Of a stretch of DNA of 36,991 bases, positions 1 through 8,949 are shown in pieces. Within the stretch, counting starts at the first letter, position 1, and each line of letters starts with the position of its first letter. Position numbers and translations under genes: made by a program. The notes under the pieces were generated by a model, which worked only from the letters and a program-made list of their open reading frames with translations, searched no databases and had not been told where the DNA came from. This stretch comes from an uncultured archaeon (lineage in GTDB: Archaea > Asgardarchaeota > Thorarchaeia > Thorarchaeales > Thorarchaeaceae). Where the stretch lies: assembly GCA_964610875.1 (NCBI GenBank), contig CAZSWP010000019.1, positions 29,881-66,871 of the forward strand. The letters run 5' to 3'.

Positions 1-2
1 AG

Positions 3-125
3 GAAGAGGATACAGAAGAAGAGCTTGTTGATGTAGTAGAGGAAGAGGATAAAGAGAAGGATGAAGAAGTAGAAGAAAAAGAAGAAGAGGATATTCCAGA
101 TTCTGAAACAGCAACTGAAGAATGA
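3..125 (+). CDS. 3' end of an upstream gene; highly acidic C-terminal tail
   Basis: Frame from nt 3 reads EEDTEEELVDVVEEEDKEKDEEVEEKEEEDIPDSETATEE then TGA at 123-125; truncated by the window edge. Confidence 0.75.
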   Translation, partial: EEDTEEELVDVVEEEDKEKDEEVEEKEEEDIPDSETATEE

Positions 126-247
126 TTTAGTCATAATCATTGGGGATTTGCCATAGCCTTGTTTCATTCGAAAACAAGCTAAGTCTACTCCCTATTTTTC
201 TATATAAAGAAAAAATGAAAGGTGTGGGATAATGACGCCTTAACGAT

Positions 248-1201
248 TTAGTAATCAATACCAAGTTTCTTTGATAGCTTCTCTAACATATCCTTGGTCA
301 TTTTGACAAGGTCGTAATCAGGTTCCCAACCCCATTCATCACGAGCTGCACTATCATCAAGCGATTTTGGCCAGGATTCAGCAATTTTCTGTCTGAAATC
401 AGGTTCATAAGCAATCTCAAACTCAGGAATGTGCTTCTGTATTTCTGCTGCAATATCTTCAGGAGCGAAGCTCATCGCTGTTATATTGAAGCTCCTGTGT
501 TTTAGTTTTTCAACTGACGCTTCAATAAGATCTATGGTACACTTCAAACAATCAGGCATGTACATCATAGGTAAGTTGGTACCTTTGTCAAGGAATGATG
601 TGTACTTCTTATTCTTTAGAGCCTCATAGAAGATTTCAACAGCATAATCTGTTGTTCCACCACCTGGCATCGTTTCTGCGCTGATAATCCCGGGATATCT
701 AAGTGATCTGAAATCTATCCCATAACGATTGACATAGTATTCACCCCAGAGTTCGATAAAAACTTTGGATACACCATACGCTGTAGTTGGTCGCATTATT
801 ACGTCATTAGGCGTGTTATCACGAGGAGTGCTTGGACCGAAAGCGGCAATAGAACTCGGGATCATTACCTGCTCTAGACCCAATATTCTTACAGCCTCAA
901 GAACATTATAAGAGCCCTCAATGTTCGTTCGATAAGCAAGTTGTGGCATTTTCTCTCCTGTACCTGATAGCAGGGAAGCATTATGTATCACAATGTCAAT
1001 ATCTTGGTCAACTAACATTGCATGCAGTTGATTTGTGTCCATGATATCCAATTGTAGATAGGGACCATCTTTTCTGAGAATTTCAGGAGGTTTTTTTCTT
1101 CCTGTTGCGACTACATTTTCACCACCATATTTCTTTCTCAGTGCACCGATAAGTTCTGTCCCTATTTGTCCATAACTACCTGTAACCAGTATTCGTTTCA
1201 T
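248..1201 (-). CDS. SDR-type (UDP-galactose epimerase-like) L-threonine 3-dehydrogenase
   Basis: Start revised to MKRILVTGSYGQIG (ATG at 1201); PSSIAAFG, YGVSK catalytic motif, PGGGTTDYA and LPMMYMPD typical of SDR ThrDH. Confidence 0.85.
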   Translation of the reverse strand: MKRILVTGSYGQIGTELIGALRKKYGGENVVATGRKKPPEILRKDGPYLQLDIMDTNQLHAMLVDQDIDIVIHNASLLSGTGEKMPQLAYRTNIEGSYNVLEAVRILGLEQVMIPSSIAAFGPSTPRDNTPNDVIMRPTTAYGVSKVFIELWGEYYVNRYGIDFRSLRYPGIISAETMPGGGTTDYAVEIFYEALKNKKYTSFLDKGTNLPMMYMPDCLKCTIDLIEASVEKLKHRSFNITAMSFAPEDIAAEIQKHIPEFEIAYEPDFRQKIAESWPKSLDDSAARDEWGWEPDYDLVKMTKDMLEKLSKKLGIDY

Positions 1202-1347
1202 AGTCCTACACGAGCCTTTCGCCTTCAATAGCCCGTTAAAAGGATTGGCCTTCTGGAGTATTCTCAAACCTATGCACAAATAATGAAGTGCTATTGAGAA
1301 ACAGTGAATAAGGGATTTGTTTTGAAAAATGATGGGTGCAAGCTGAG

Positions 1348-2709
1348 ATGGATAATCACATTGCAGTAATTGGCTGTGGCGCAGCAGGAGCAACTGCTGC
1401 CATGCAGGCCCGGAAATTTGACAGGAAGGTAAAGATTACAATTTTCAATATAGAACCATATTCTCAATATTCGAGATGTGGACTTCCTTACACGATTTCA
1501 GGGAAAGTAAAAGAATTCGATGATTTGATTTTGACTTCGCCTGAGAACTGGTCAGTCATGAAGATTGATGCCAAACTCTCCACAAAGGTCACTGACATAG
1601 ACCACGACCGTAAGTCCTTGACATTTACTGGCTTTGATGGTACAGGTTCAATCGAATATGATAGATTGATTTTTGCAACAGGTGCTGAGAACGCTGACCC
1701 ACCAATCAAGGGTCTTGATAAAAAACGAGTTTATGGATTACGGACTATAGATGATGCGAAAGCTCTAGCCAAAGAAGCAGAAAAAATCAAGAATCTGGTT
1801 GTGATTGGTGGTGGTCTTGTTGGAATGGAAACTGCAGAGGCATTTAATGAACGTGGCATAAATGTCACAGTTGTGGAGTTTTTGCCTAACGTTTTGTTAG
1901 CTATGGTGGATCCTGATATGGCAAATATCATTGAGGAGCACTGCGAAGAACATGGTCTGAAAATTCTTACAAATACTGCCGCTCAAGAGATTGTTGGAAG
2001 TGAAGAAGCAAAATCGGTTATTGTTAAGAACCGAGAAACTGGTGAAACCTCTGAGATTCCAGCTGATGCTGTTGTTGTGGCAACTGGAGTACATCCAGTC
2101 ACTGACCTTGCAGAAAAAATTGGTGTAGAAATCGGAACAACACGTGGAATCAAAGTAAACGATAAAATGGAAACAAACCTAGATGGAGTCTATGCTTGCG
2201 GCGATTGTGCCGAACATTTAGAGTTTGTAACAAGAACACCAATGGCTGGTGGATTGGGAACAATTGCTGTCAGACAGGCTAGAATAGCTGGTATCAATGC
2301 TGCTGGTGGAGATGAGGTTTTTCCTGGTATAGTTGGTGCAAAAGTGACGAAGTTATTTGGTCTTGAAATTGCTAGTACTGGACTTACTGAAGATATGGCT
2401 AAACGACTTGAAGTTGATGTTGCTAAGGGGTCTATCAAGGGCAGCTCAAAGCCTCCCTACTATGTTGGTGGTAAAGATCTGAAAGTTAAGACATACTACG
2501 ATAAAGAGATTGGTCTTCTTGTTGGCGGTCAGCTTGTTGGTCTCGAAGACGCAGCTATGAGGCTAAATGTAATCACAATCGGAATTCAACATGGTGTAAA
2601 TGTTGCTGAATTCTTCGACTTTGAAAATTGCTATGCACCTGCAATATGTGATACATGGGATCCATTAGTACTTTCAGCTGACGCTGCAAGAAAACGCTTG
2701 AAGATGTAA
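1348..2709 (+). CDS. FAD-dependent NADH oxidase / CoA-disulfide reductase family
   Basis: GCGAAG FAD motif, YSRCGLPY redox cysteine, ATGA, GGGLVG NAD motif, YACGDC, C-terminal YAP dimerisation domain; probable ATG at 1348. Confidence 0.88.
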   Translation: MDNHIAVIGCGAAGATAAMQARKFDRKVKITIFNIEPYSQYSRCGLPYTISGKVKEFDDLILTSPENWSVMKIDAKLSTKVTDIDHDRKSLTFTGFDGTGSIEYDRLIFATGAENADPPIKGLDKKRVYGLRTIDDAKALAKEAEKIKNLVVIGGGLVGMETAEAFNERGINVTVVEFLPNVLLAMVDPDMANIIEEHCEEHGLKILTNTAAQEIVGSEEAKSVIVKNRETGETSEIPADAVVVATGVHPVTDLAEKIGVEIGTTRGIKVNDKMETNLDGVYACGDCAEHLEFVTRTPMAGGLGTIAVRQARIAGINAAGGDEVFPGIVGAKVTKLFGLEIASTGLTEDMAKRLEVDVAKGSIKGSSKPPYYVGGKDLKVKTYYDKEIGLLVGGQLVGLEDAAMRLNVITIGIQHGVNVAEFFDFENCYAPAICDTWDPLVLSADAARKRLKM

Positions 2710-2717
2710 AAGATATT

Positions 2718-3227
2718 CTAAGCAAGAATTGATACATTGTTGAATGCGTATTGAAACGAGCTCATCTGCGTGGGTGAGCTCACTACCACTACTACAGAAC
2801 GAACACTATTTGCGTTCTTTGAATGCCTGTATATTGCTTTGGCAATCTCTTCTGCGACTTCCCAGCTTGGTACCCTGGCCACTTCTAGACCCATTGTAAA
2901 AAATCCTACATCCTCTTCTGAAAGGTCCTCAGCAGCTTCCAAGGCGCTTGATGCAGAATCATAAATTATTTGTCTTCTATCAGGGTCTCCCATTGAGATT
3001 GAAGGCCAGAATTCGACATTTCTAGCTTTTGTTGCTTCTCGAATAGAAATACCGAAACCACCAATCGTTCCACATGGACCCATGGTGCCTCCTGAATCAA
3101 GACCAAGTGGTATATTTTCTGTTTTAACAACGAGTCCTAAGTCTTGGTCGTTAAATGCTCCCATTTCAAGTTTCACGGTGATACCGTCATAGTTCCACTC
3201 CAAGAAGTAAATCCTCCAATTCATCAA
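2718..3227 (-). CDS. Degenerate macrodomain-like protein
   Basis: C-terminal half follows macro topology (ALEAAEDL..VGFFTMGLEVARVPSWEVAEEIAKAI..VRSVVVVV) but lacks the NAAN/GGG loop; overlaps the upstream macro gene. Confidence 0.5.
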   Translation of the reverse strand: MMNWRIYFLEWNYDGITVKLEMGAFNDQDLGLVVKTENIPLGLDSGGTMGPCGTIGGFGISIREATKARNVEFWPSISMGDPDRRQIIYDSASSALEAAEDLSEEDVGFFTMGLEVARVPSWEVAEEIAKAIYRHSKNANSVRSVVVVVSSPTQMSSFQYAFNNVSILA

Positions 3228-3738
3228 TAATGCGCTTCATTTGCTCAAATACATCTGCGGAGTAAGCTACAAGTCTAATATCATGGCTTCTTGTATTATC
3301 TCTAATTGAGGGACGAATTCCGCTCATGATAGCAAGTATAGAATCCTCAAGACACAGTCCTCCAACTCCTGCTCCTATTGTAGGGAATTCAATGCTCCCA
3401 ACATTATTGTCCTCATCAAGTTTTAATGCATGTCTAAATGATGATTTGACATACTGCTCTGTTGCTGAACCACTTGGTGGCATTCTCGCACAATGGATTA
3501 CGCATGATACAGTTAATTGTCCCCCTGAGGTCATTACCGCTTCTCCTGGATTTATTGGTCCTTGGCTCATTGCTTCTTGTTCTATGCTCTGACCACCTTT
3601 TCTCTTAATTGCTTCTGCGACTCCTGAACCCATCCAAAGGTCTGAATTTGCTGCATTTACTACTGCATCAACTTCTTGGTCTGATATATCTCCATGTACG
3701 ACTTGGATGGTGAATTGGACAATTTTCTTTCTCAACAA
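3187..3738 (-). CDS. Macrodomain protein (AF1521/YmdB-like ADP-ribose binding/hydrolase)
   Basis: GDI, DAVVNAAN, MGSGVAEAI..KGG, PGEAVMT, FPTIGAGVGG motifs; TTG start with GAGGT RBS. Confidence 0.9.
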   Translation of the reverse strand: MLRKKIVQFTIQVVHGDISDQEVDAVVNAANSDLWMGSGVAEAIKRKGGQSIEQEAMSQGPINPGEAVMTSGGQLTVSCVIHCARMPPSGSATEQYVKSSFRHALKLDEDNNVGSIEFPTIGAGVGGLCLEDSILAIMSGIRPSIRDNTRSHDIRLVAYSADVFEQMKRIIDELEDLLLGVEL

Positions 3739-3846
3739 ACACTACCTCATTTACAGCAACGGTGTGCAGTATTGACATTTACACAAAAAAGATTGTTCCC
3801 TGACTAGCATTTCGAAATCCTTTTTGGTATTTAATCATGGGAAATA

Positions 3847-4443
3847 ATGGCGAGTATTCTGAACGATATTGATCCAACTGACTATCAGCAGATGATTGAA
3901 AGATATGGCGTTCCAGTAACAGCAAATTTCGAAGCTGATTTCTTAGATTTCGAGTGTGAATTAGTTAGGAGGAGCTCAACGAAAGGACGTCAACATGATA
4001 TAACTTGTTTCATTCCAAAAGATAATGGCTATGTGACTATCCAAAAACATGATTATGCAAACACCGGAATTTATAGGGCGCCTTCAGGCGGTGCTAAATG
4101 TGGCGAAACAATCATTGAAGCCGCAAAACGAGAAATGCTTGAAGAAACCGGCTATGAAGTTGAGCTTCGAAATTTTGTCCTTGACTTACGTTTGGATGTG
4201 AAGTGTTCAGAAGGTCGGATTCCTTGGAGGTCGCTTGTCTTTATTGCAGATATCATAGATGGCAAAATGGAGCCCAAAGACACATACGAAATATTTGATG
4301 TTCGAATAACCCCTCGTGAAATGTTATTGGGCGAAATTATTGAACTCATGGAAAACAGTGGTTGGGGTGGTTTTGGATATCGTGCATTCCTTACAAAACT
4401 ATTCTTTTCGACAGTGGACGAAATGGGAATTGAACTACCTTAG
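3847..4443 (+). CDS. Nudix hydrolase
   Basis: Nudix box GGAKCGETIIEAAKREMLEETG. Confidence 0.88.
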   Translation: MASILNDIDPTDYQQMIERYGVPVTANFEADFLDFECELVRRSSTKGRQHDITCFIPKDNGYVTIQKHDYANTGIYRAPSGGAKCGETIIEAAKREMLEETGYEVELRNFVLDLRLDVKCSEGRIPWRSLVFIADIIDGKMEPKDTYEIFDVRITPREMLLGEIIELMENSGWGGFGYRAFLTKLFFSTVDEMGIELP

Positions 4444-4481
4444 ATGAATAATAAAAAGAAACCAACGCCTCTAGGACTAGC

Positions 4482-5441
4482 CTAGAAGCTTGGTGACATT
4501 GTAAGTTCTAGCCTGCTGACTAGCTCTTTGTACCTGTTTCTAACAGTCACCTCTGTGACACCTGCGGTTCTAGCAATTTCCCTTTGGGTGACACGATGGT
4601 CTGTCAATATAGATGCGATGTAGATTGCAGCTGCAGCAAGACCTCTTGGGTCTCGACCAGTAACAAGATTCCTCTTTTTCTTGGCCATCTCAATGATCTC
4701 TAATGTCTTTGTCTGTACTTTTGCAGGCAGATCCAATTCAGTGATAAAGCGAGTCACGTATTTCTCAGGGCCTGGAATTGGCATCCTAAGTTTTAGTTTT
4801 GTGACAAGCTGTCGATAGTTTGCACCTATCTTCTTCTTACTGATTCTTGACTCATCGGCAATCTCTTCGAGAGAACGTGGTGCCTCACGAAGTCTGCATG
4901 CTGCATAGATTGCAGCAGCTACCATTGCATCAATGGACCTGCTACGAATCAATCGCTTGACTATTAGTTTCCTGTAGAGCATAGCTGCAAGCTCTTTGAT
5001 ACCGTTGGAAAGACCAATCTGGGATGCGAGTCTGTCGAGCTCAGTCATGGCTTGAGCCAAGTTTCTGTCAACTGAGCTATGGACACGTGTTCGTATCTGC
5101 CATTTTCGAAGTCTGTATATCTGAGCACGTTGTTTTGCGGAGAATCGTCTACCTGAGGAATCTTGATCTCGCCAATCAATCATAGTTGACAGGCCCTTAT
5201 CATGAATCCTGTAGTTAGTAGGAGCACCGGTACGTGCGCGAGCATCTTTCTCATCAGAGGTAAATGCTCTCCACTCTGGACCAGTGTCTATTCTGTGGTC
5301 TGTGAGCACAAGCCCACAAGTTGCACAGATGAGCTCTCCTTTGTTATTGTCTCGAACGATGTCCTCGCCGCCACATTCTGGGCAGGTCAATTCAGACTCA
5401 TCCGCTACCTTTTGTTTCTTTCCATCGATAGTACTTGCCAT
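4482..5441 (-). CDS. tfb: Transcription initiation factor IIB (paralog 2)
   Basis: Zn ribbon CPECG..CATCG, GPEWRAF B-reader, HDKGLST, two cyclin repeats, TQREIA..GVTEVTVRNRYKEL HTH. Confidence 0.96.
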   Translation of the reverse strand: MASTIDGKKQKVADESELTCPECGGEDIVRDNNKGELICATCGLVLTDHRIDTGPEWRAFTSDEKDARARTGAPTNYRIHDKGLSTMIDWRDQDSSGRRFSAKQRAQIYRLRKWQIRTRVHSSVDRNLAQAMTELDRLASQIGLSNGIKELAAMLYRKLIVKRLIRSRSIDAMVAAAIYAACRLREAPRSLEEIADESRISKKKIGANYRQLVTKLKLRMPIPGPEKYVTRFITELDLPAKVQTKTLEIIEMAKKKRNLVTGRDPRGLAAAAIYIASILTDHRVTQREIARTAGVTEVTVRNRYKELVSRLELTMSPSF

Positions 5442-5520
5442 TCTGTTCTAATCTCTCTCCTGTGAGTATGCGACTTCTGTCGCTATGATCACCCTGTGTT
5501 CTTTTCCACCTCTGTACGTA

Positions 5521-6477
5521 TTAGGGTGCCATTGTGATTTCGAGCTTTTTCACAAGCTCCTTGTAACGATTCCTTACAGTGACTTCTGTAACCCCAGCAG
5601 CCATAGCGATATCTCGCTGAGTCACGCGGTGGTCCGTGATTATTGATGCGATGTAAATCGCAGCTGCTGCTAGGCCTCGGGGATCTCGACCCGTCACGAG
5701 AGACCTCTTTTGTTTGGCCTGCTCGAGGATCTCGAGGACTTTTTGCTGAACTATGCCTGGCAGCTTCAACTGTGTGATGAACCTCGGTACATAGTTAGCG
5801 GGGTCTGAGATCGGCATTCTAAGCTTCAGTTTCTCTACGAGCAGTCGATAATGCTGCCCAACCTTCTTCTTTGACACTCGAGAGTGACGTGAAATCTCCT
5901 CAAGGGACCTTGGTGCTTCTCGTAACCGACATGCTGCGTAAATTGCTGCACCAACCATGGCGTCAATAGACCTGCTTCGTGCAAGACGCCTTACTATCAG
6001 CTTCCTATATAATAGCGCGGCGAGCTCCTTTATTCCCTTGTTGAGTCCGAGTTGTGAAGACAGTCTGTCTAGCTCAGACATTGCCTGTGCTAGGTTTCTG
6101 TCTACTGAACTGTGGACTCGTGTTCGAATTTGCCACTTCCGTAGTCTGTAGATCTCTGATCGTTTCTTGGCTGAGAATTTCCTCCCTGAAGAGTCATGAT
6201 CTCGCCAATCGATCATCGTAGAGAGACCCTTGTCATGGATGGCATAACTTGCTGGTGCTCCAGCTCGAGAGCGAGCATCTTTTTCGTCTGAAGTGAAGGC
6301 TCTCCACTCCGGACCAGTATCAATGCGATGATCGCTAACTACCAGACCGCAAGAAGCACAGATTTTCTCACCTGCTTGCATGTCCTGAACAGCTTCGTGT
6401 CCACCACACTCTGGACAGGTGAATTCCTCGGACTTTTTTCGTCCCTCTGGTTTTTTCTTTGATCCACGCGATGCCAT
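5521..6477 (-). CDS. tfb: Transcription initiation factor IIB (paralog 1)
   Basis: Same motifs; start revised to MASRG (ATG 6477) preceded by GAGGTGA RBS. Confidence 0.96.
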   Translation of the reverse strand: MASRGSKKKPEGRKKSEEFTCPECGGHEAVQDMQAGEKICASCGLVVSDHRIDTGPEWRAFTSDEKDARSRAGAPASYAIHDKGLSTMIDWRDHDSSGRKFSAKKRSEIYRLRKWQIRTRVHSSVDRNLAQAMSELDRLSSQLGLNKGIKELAALLYRKLIVRRLARSRSIDAMVGAAIYAACRLREAPRSLEEISRHSRVSKKKVGQHYRLLVEKLKLRMPISDPANYVPRFITQLKLPGIVQQKVLEILEQAKQKRSLVTGRDPRGLAAAAIYIASIITDHRVTQRDIAMAAGVTEVTVRNRYKELVKKLEITMAP

Positions 6478-6628
6478 CTCGGTCACCTCTGAACCCTTCT
6501 GGCAGATTATCTCATGTATTGTTGAACACATGTCTTAGAATCACAATCAAGAAGTCCTGCGAGAAATTCCTTAGAATTGCGAGCCTGCCGGTGGGTTCCG
6601 CTACATTTAAATATGATAACATTTGAAC

Positions 6629-6642
6629 TTATAAATCTTTCG
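6629..6642 (-). promoter_or_regulatory. BRE + TATA promoter for the tfb pair
   Basis: Minus strand reads CGAAAGA-TTTATAA, matching the archaeal BRE/TATA consensus. Confidence 0.55.
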
Positions 6643-6884
6643 CAAAAATATTACTAAATTCACCTTCATCTAAGTGAATTTCTCGCATATCCCACATAGA
6701 ATCAAACAGATATAAGGTCTTCGAATCGGAACATTTCGATATTCAGTTGAAAATTTTCTTGAAAGAATCATACTATCCCCATACATACTGATTGTTTCGG
6801 TTCTACTGTACTTTATCCATTTCGGATTGGGTGTCTTTTGCATGAAACATTTCATATTGATTAGTGACTGTTCAGACTATTCCA

Positions 6885-7163
6885 TCATGATTCTTTTGAA
6901 TGTGATTTCGCATAACGCTTACCTTTCTCCGTAAGATAATATGCTTCTCCATAAGCAGGTTTTCCACAACTTGGTTCAACTGGACAACGTGAACAATGGG
7001 ATGTATCTACAACATCACACTCAGAGCTCCTTAGCAGTCCTTTTCGAAGGAGAAGCTCAATCATGTGGTCGAGTGCTTCAATCTCAACACCAAGCTTCTC
7101 TGCAATCTGCTGCTTGGTATGTACTCCTTCATGCATAATCATTTTGAGAAGTTCAGCCATCAA
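6885..7163 (-). CDS. feoC: FeoC-like winged-helix protein with Cys cluster
   Basis: wHTH (QQIAEKLGV..LDHMIELLLRKGLL), four Cys in the wing (C-x7-C-x2-C-x5-C); last gene of the feo operon. Confidence 0.7.
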   Translation of the reverse strand: MMAELLKMIMHEGVHTKQQIAEKLGVEIEALDHMIELLLRKGLLRSSECDVVDTSHCSRCPVEPSCGKPAYGEAYYLTEKGKRYAKSHSKES

Positions 7164-7621
7164 CGTATTTTCCTCCTTTCAATCCCTTCAAGCATCTGGT
7201 GAAGAATTCCAGTATGTCGAAGAACAGCTCCTCCTATTAGGAGAAACAAAAAGAGCCAGATATTCGGAATTATGTCTTGAGCGATATTCCAGCTAGACCA
7301 TTCTTCGAAGAGAAGGAAATGCCCCAGAGTATTGGTTAGGATAATGATAATCTGAAGTAAGAATAAGATAAATGCGAGAACGAATCCCACCACAACATAG
7401 GCTACACCTTCTCTCTCTCCTCGAATCAAGTGCCTACTTCCAAAGAGAAAGACGATTCCTACAATGATCATCATGACTGAATTGAGTCCCGTGCCAAAAC
7501 CTGGCAAGTCTGGGATTATTCCAGTTATGATTAATATGCTGATTACGCTCACAGATAAATACGCACTGCTAAAGATTCCAAAGATGACTGCAAGTTTTTT
7601 CGATAGTTCCTGAGAAATCAT
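7160..7621 (-). CDS. Small membrane protein (about 4 TM) in the feo operon
   Basis: Start revised to MISQELSK (ATGA overlap with the upstream stop); four hydrophobic stretches. Confidence 0.75.
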   Translation of the reverse strand: MISQELSKKLAVIFGIFSSAYLSVSVISILIITGIIPDLPGFGTGLNSVMMIIVGIVFLFGSRHLIRGEREGVAYVVVGFVLAFILFLLQIIIILTNTLGHFLLFEEWSSWNIAQDIIPNIWLFLFLLIGGAVLRHTGILHQMLEGIERRKIR

Positions 7622-8949
7622 ATCATCATCACCAGACCTACAAATAAGCTGCCCAGTACAACTACAAGCAATGCCATCAGATATGCAAGGGTGACTTGAT
7701 AAAAGACTGAAATTGCAGGCCATTTCCATGAGTTGGTTTCTTGTTTAATTGCTACAACTGTTGCGATGCACGGTGTATACAATAAAACAAAGACCATGAG
7801 TGCAAACGCTTGGATTGGATTCAACAGTGTTCCAAGCACAGCTCCTATTGCAGCTTCTCCTTGAACAGAAAAGATAATTCCGAGAGACTCGACAACTACC
7901 TCTTTTGCAAGTAATCCAAAAATCAATGCTGTTACAATCTGCCATGGAAATCCAAGGGGCATAAAGAATGGTGCAATAATGTTTCCTAAAATAGCAATAA
8001 ATGAATCATCTACTCCCACACCAAAACCTGCTGGACCGGTATTTGCAGCGAACCATAGTAGAATTGCTCCAAATAATAAATAGGTTCCCGCCTTTTTAAG
8101 AAATAACACACCTCTATTCCATGCATGACGTAGTGATCCATGGACGGTTGGCATCTGATACATTGGCAACTCCATCAGGAGAGGAGAGGTCTCTTCATCC
8201 GATAGAATTCTCTTGAAAACCATAGCCATTACTATTGCCATCACGATTCCCATTAGATACATCAAGAATACCATTGTGCCAGCGATTTGTGGAAAAAACA
8301 CACCAGCAATGAGGACGTAGACTGGTAGTCTTGCTGTGCAGGACATCAGCGGACTGATAAGAATAGTAGTAAGCCGATTTGATTTTCCATCTACCGTTCT
8401 CGCTGCCATTATCGCAGGTACACTGCAACCGAAACCAAGTAGTAGTGGAATAAATGATCTTCCATGAAGCCCCATTCTCATCATGATTCGGTCCATGACA
8501 AAGGCTGCTCGTGCTAGATATCCAGAGTCCTCCAGGATTGAAATTGCAATATACATGAATAAGATAGGTGGGAGAAACACTAGAATGAAACCCACACCTC
8601 CTAGAATCCCTTCAGTCATCAGAGAAGCTAGCCAAGGAATTGGAATCATGGCTGTGTAAACACTAAGATATGCTATTGCTTCACTTATTATTGTCATGAA
8701 GACTCTTGAAGCCTCGAAAGTGAAATGGAACATTGCCCAAACAATGAGAAGGAAGATTGGTAATCCAGTAGTCTTGTTCAAGAAAACAGTATCAAGCATA
8801 TCACTAAATGCCCATTTTTTCTTGCCTGGTTCATATACTTGACATAGAATCTCTCCAATGACCTCATAACGTTCATCTGCTAAGAGCACTTCGGAGTCGA
8901 TGAGTTCTTCTTCATTATAGAATTGAAGTTCATCTGGCTCTTGACTCAA
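7618..8949 (-). CDS. feoB: Ferrous iron transporter FeoB, membrane (gate/core) half
   Basis: LEDSGYLARAAFVMD, GFGCSVPAIMAART, MSCTARLPVY, MELPMY, AKEVVV, LYTPCIAT; TTG start with GAGGTGA RBS. Confidence 0.93.
   Translation of the reverse strand: MSQEPDELQFYNEEELIDSEVLLADERYEVIGEILCQVYEPGKKKWAFSDMLDTVFLNKTTGLPIFLLIVWAMFHFTFEASRVFMTIISEAIAYLSVYTAMIPIPWLASLMTEGILGGVGFILVFLPPILFMYIAISILEDSGYLARAAFVMDRIMMRMGLHGRSFIPLLLGFGCSVPAIMAARTVDGKSNRLTTILISPLMSCTARLPVYVLIAGVFFPQIAGTMVFLMYLMGIVMAIVMAMVFKRILSDEETSPLLMELPMYQMPTVHGSLRHAWNRGVLFLKKAGTYLLFGAILLWFAANTGPAGFGVGVDDSFIAILGNIIAPFFMPLGFPWQIVTALIFGLLAKEVVVESLGIIFSVQGEAAIGAVLGTLLNPIQAFALMVFVLLYTPCIATVVAIKQETNSWKWPAISVFYQVTLAYLMALLVVVLGSLFVGLVMMI

Noticed and set aside
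1202-1393. 64-aa N-terminal extension of the threonine dehydrogenase ORF
   Set aside because: Overlaps the divergent gene and promoter region; the Rossmann fold starts at ATG 1201
3751-3763. TTACAGCAACGGT resembles the reverse complement of the 14-bp junction motif
   Set aside because: Needs an indel plus mismatches and no gene truncation is associated
6670-6855. 61-aa ORF between tfb and feoC
   Set aside because: Short, with no RBS or motif; could be spurious or a decayed remnant
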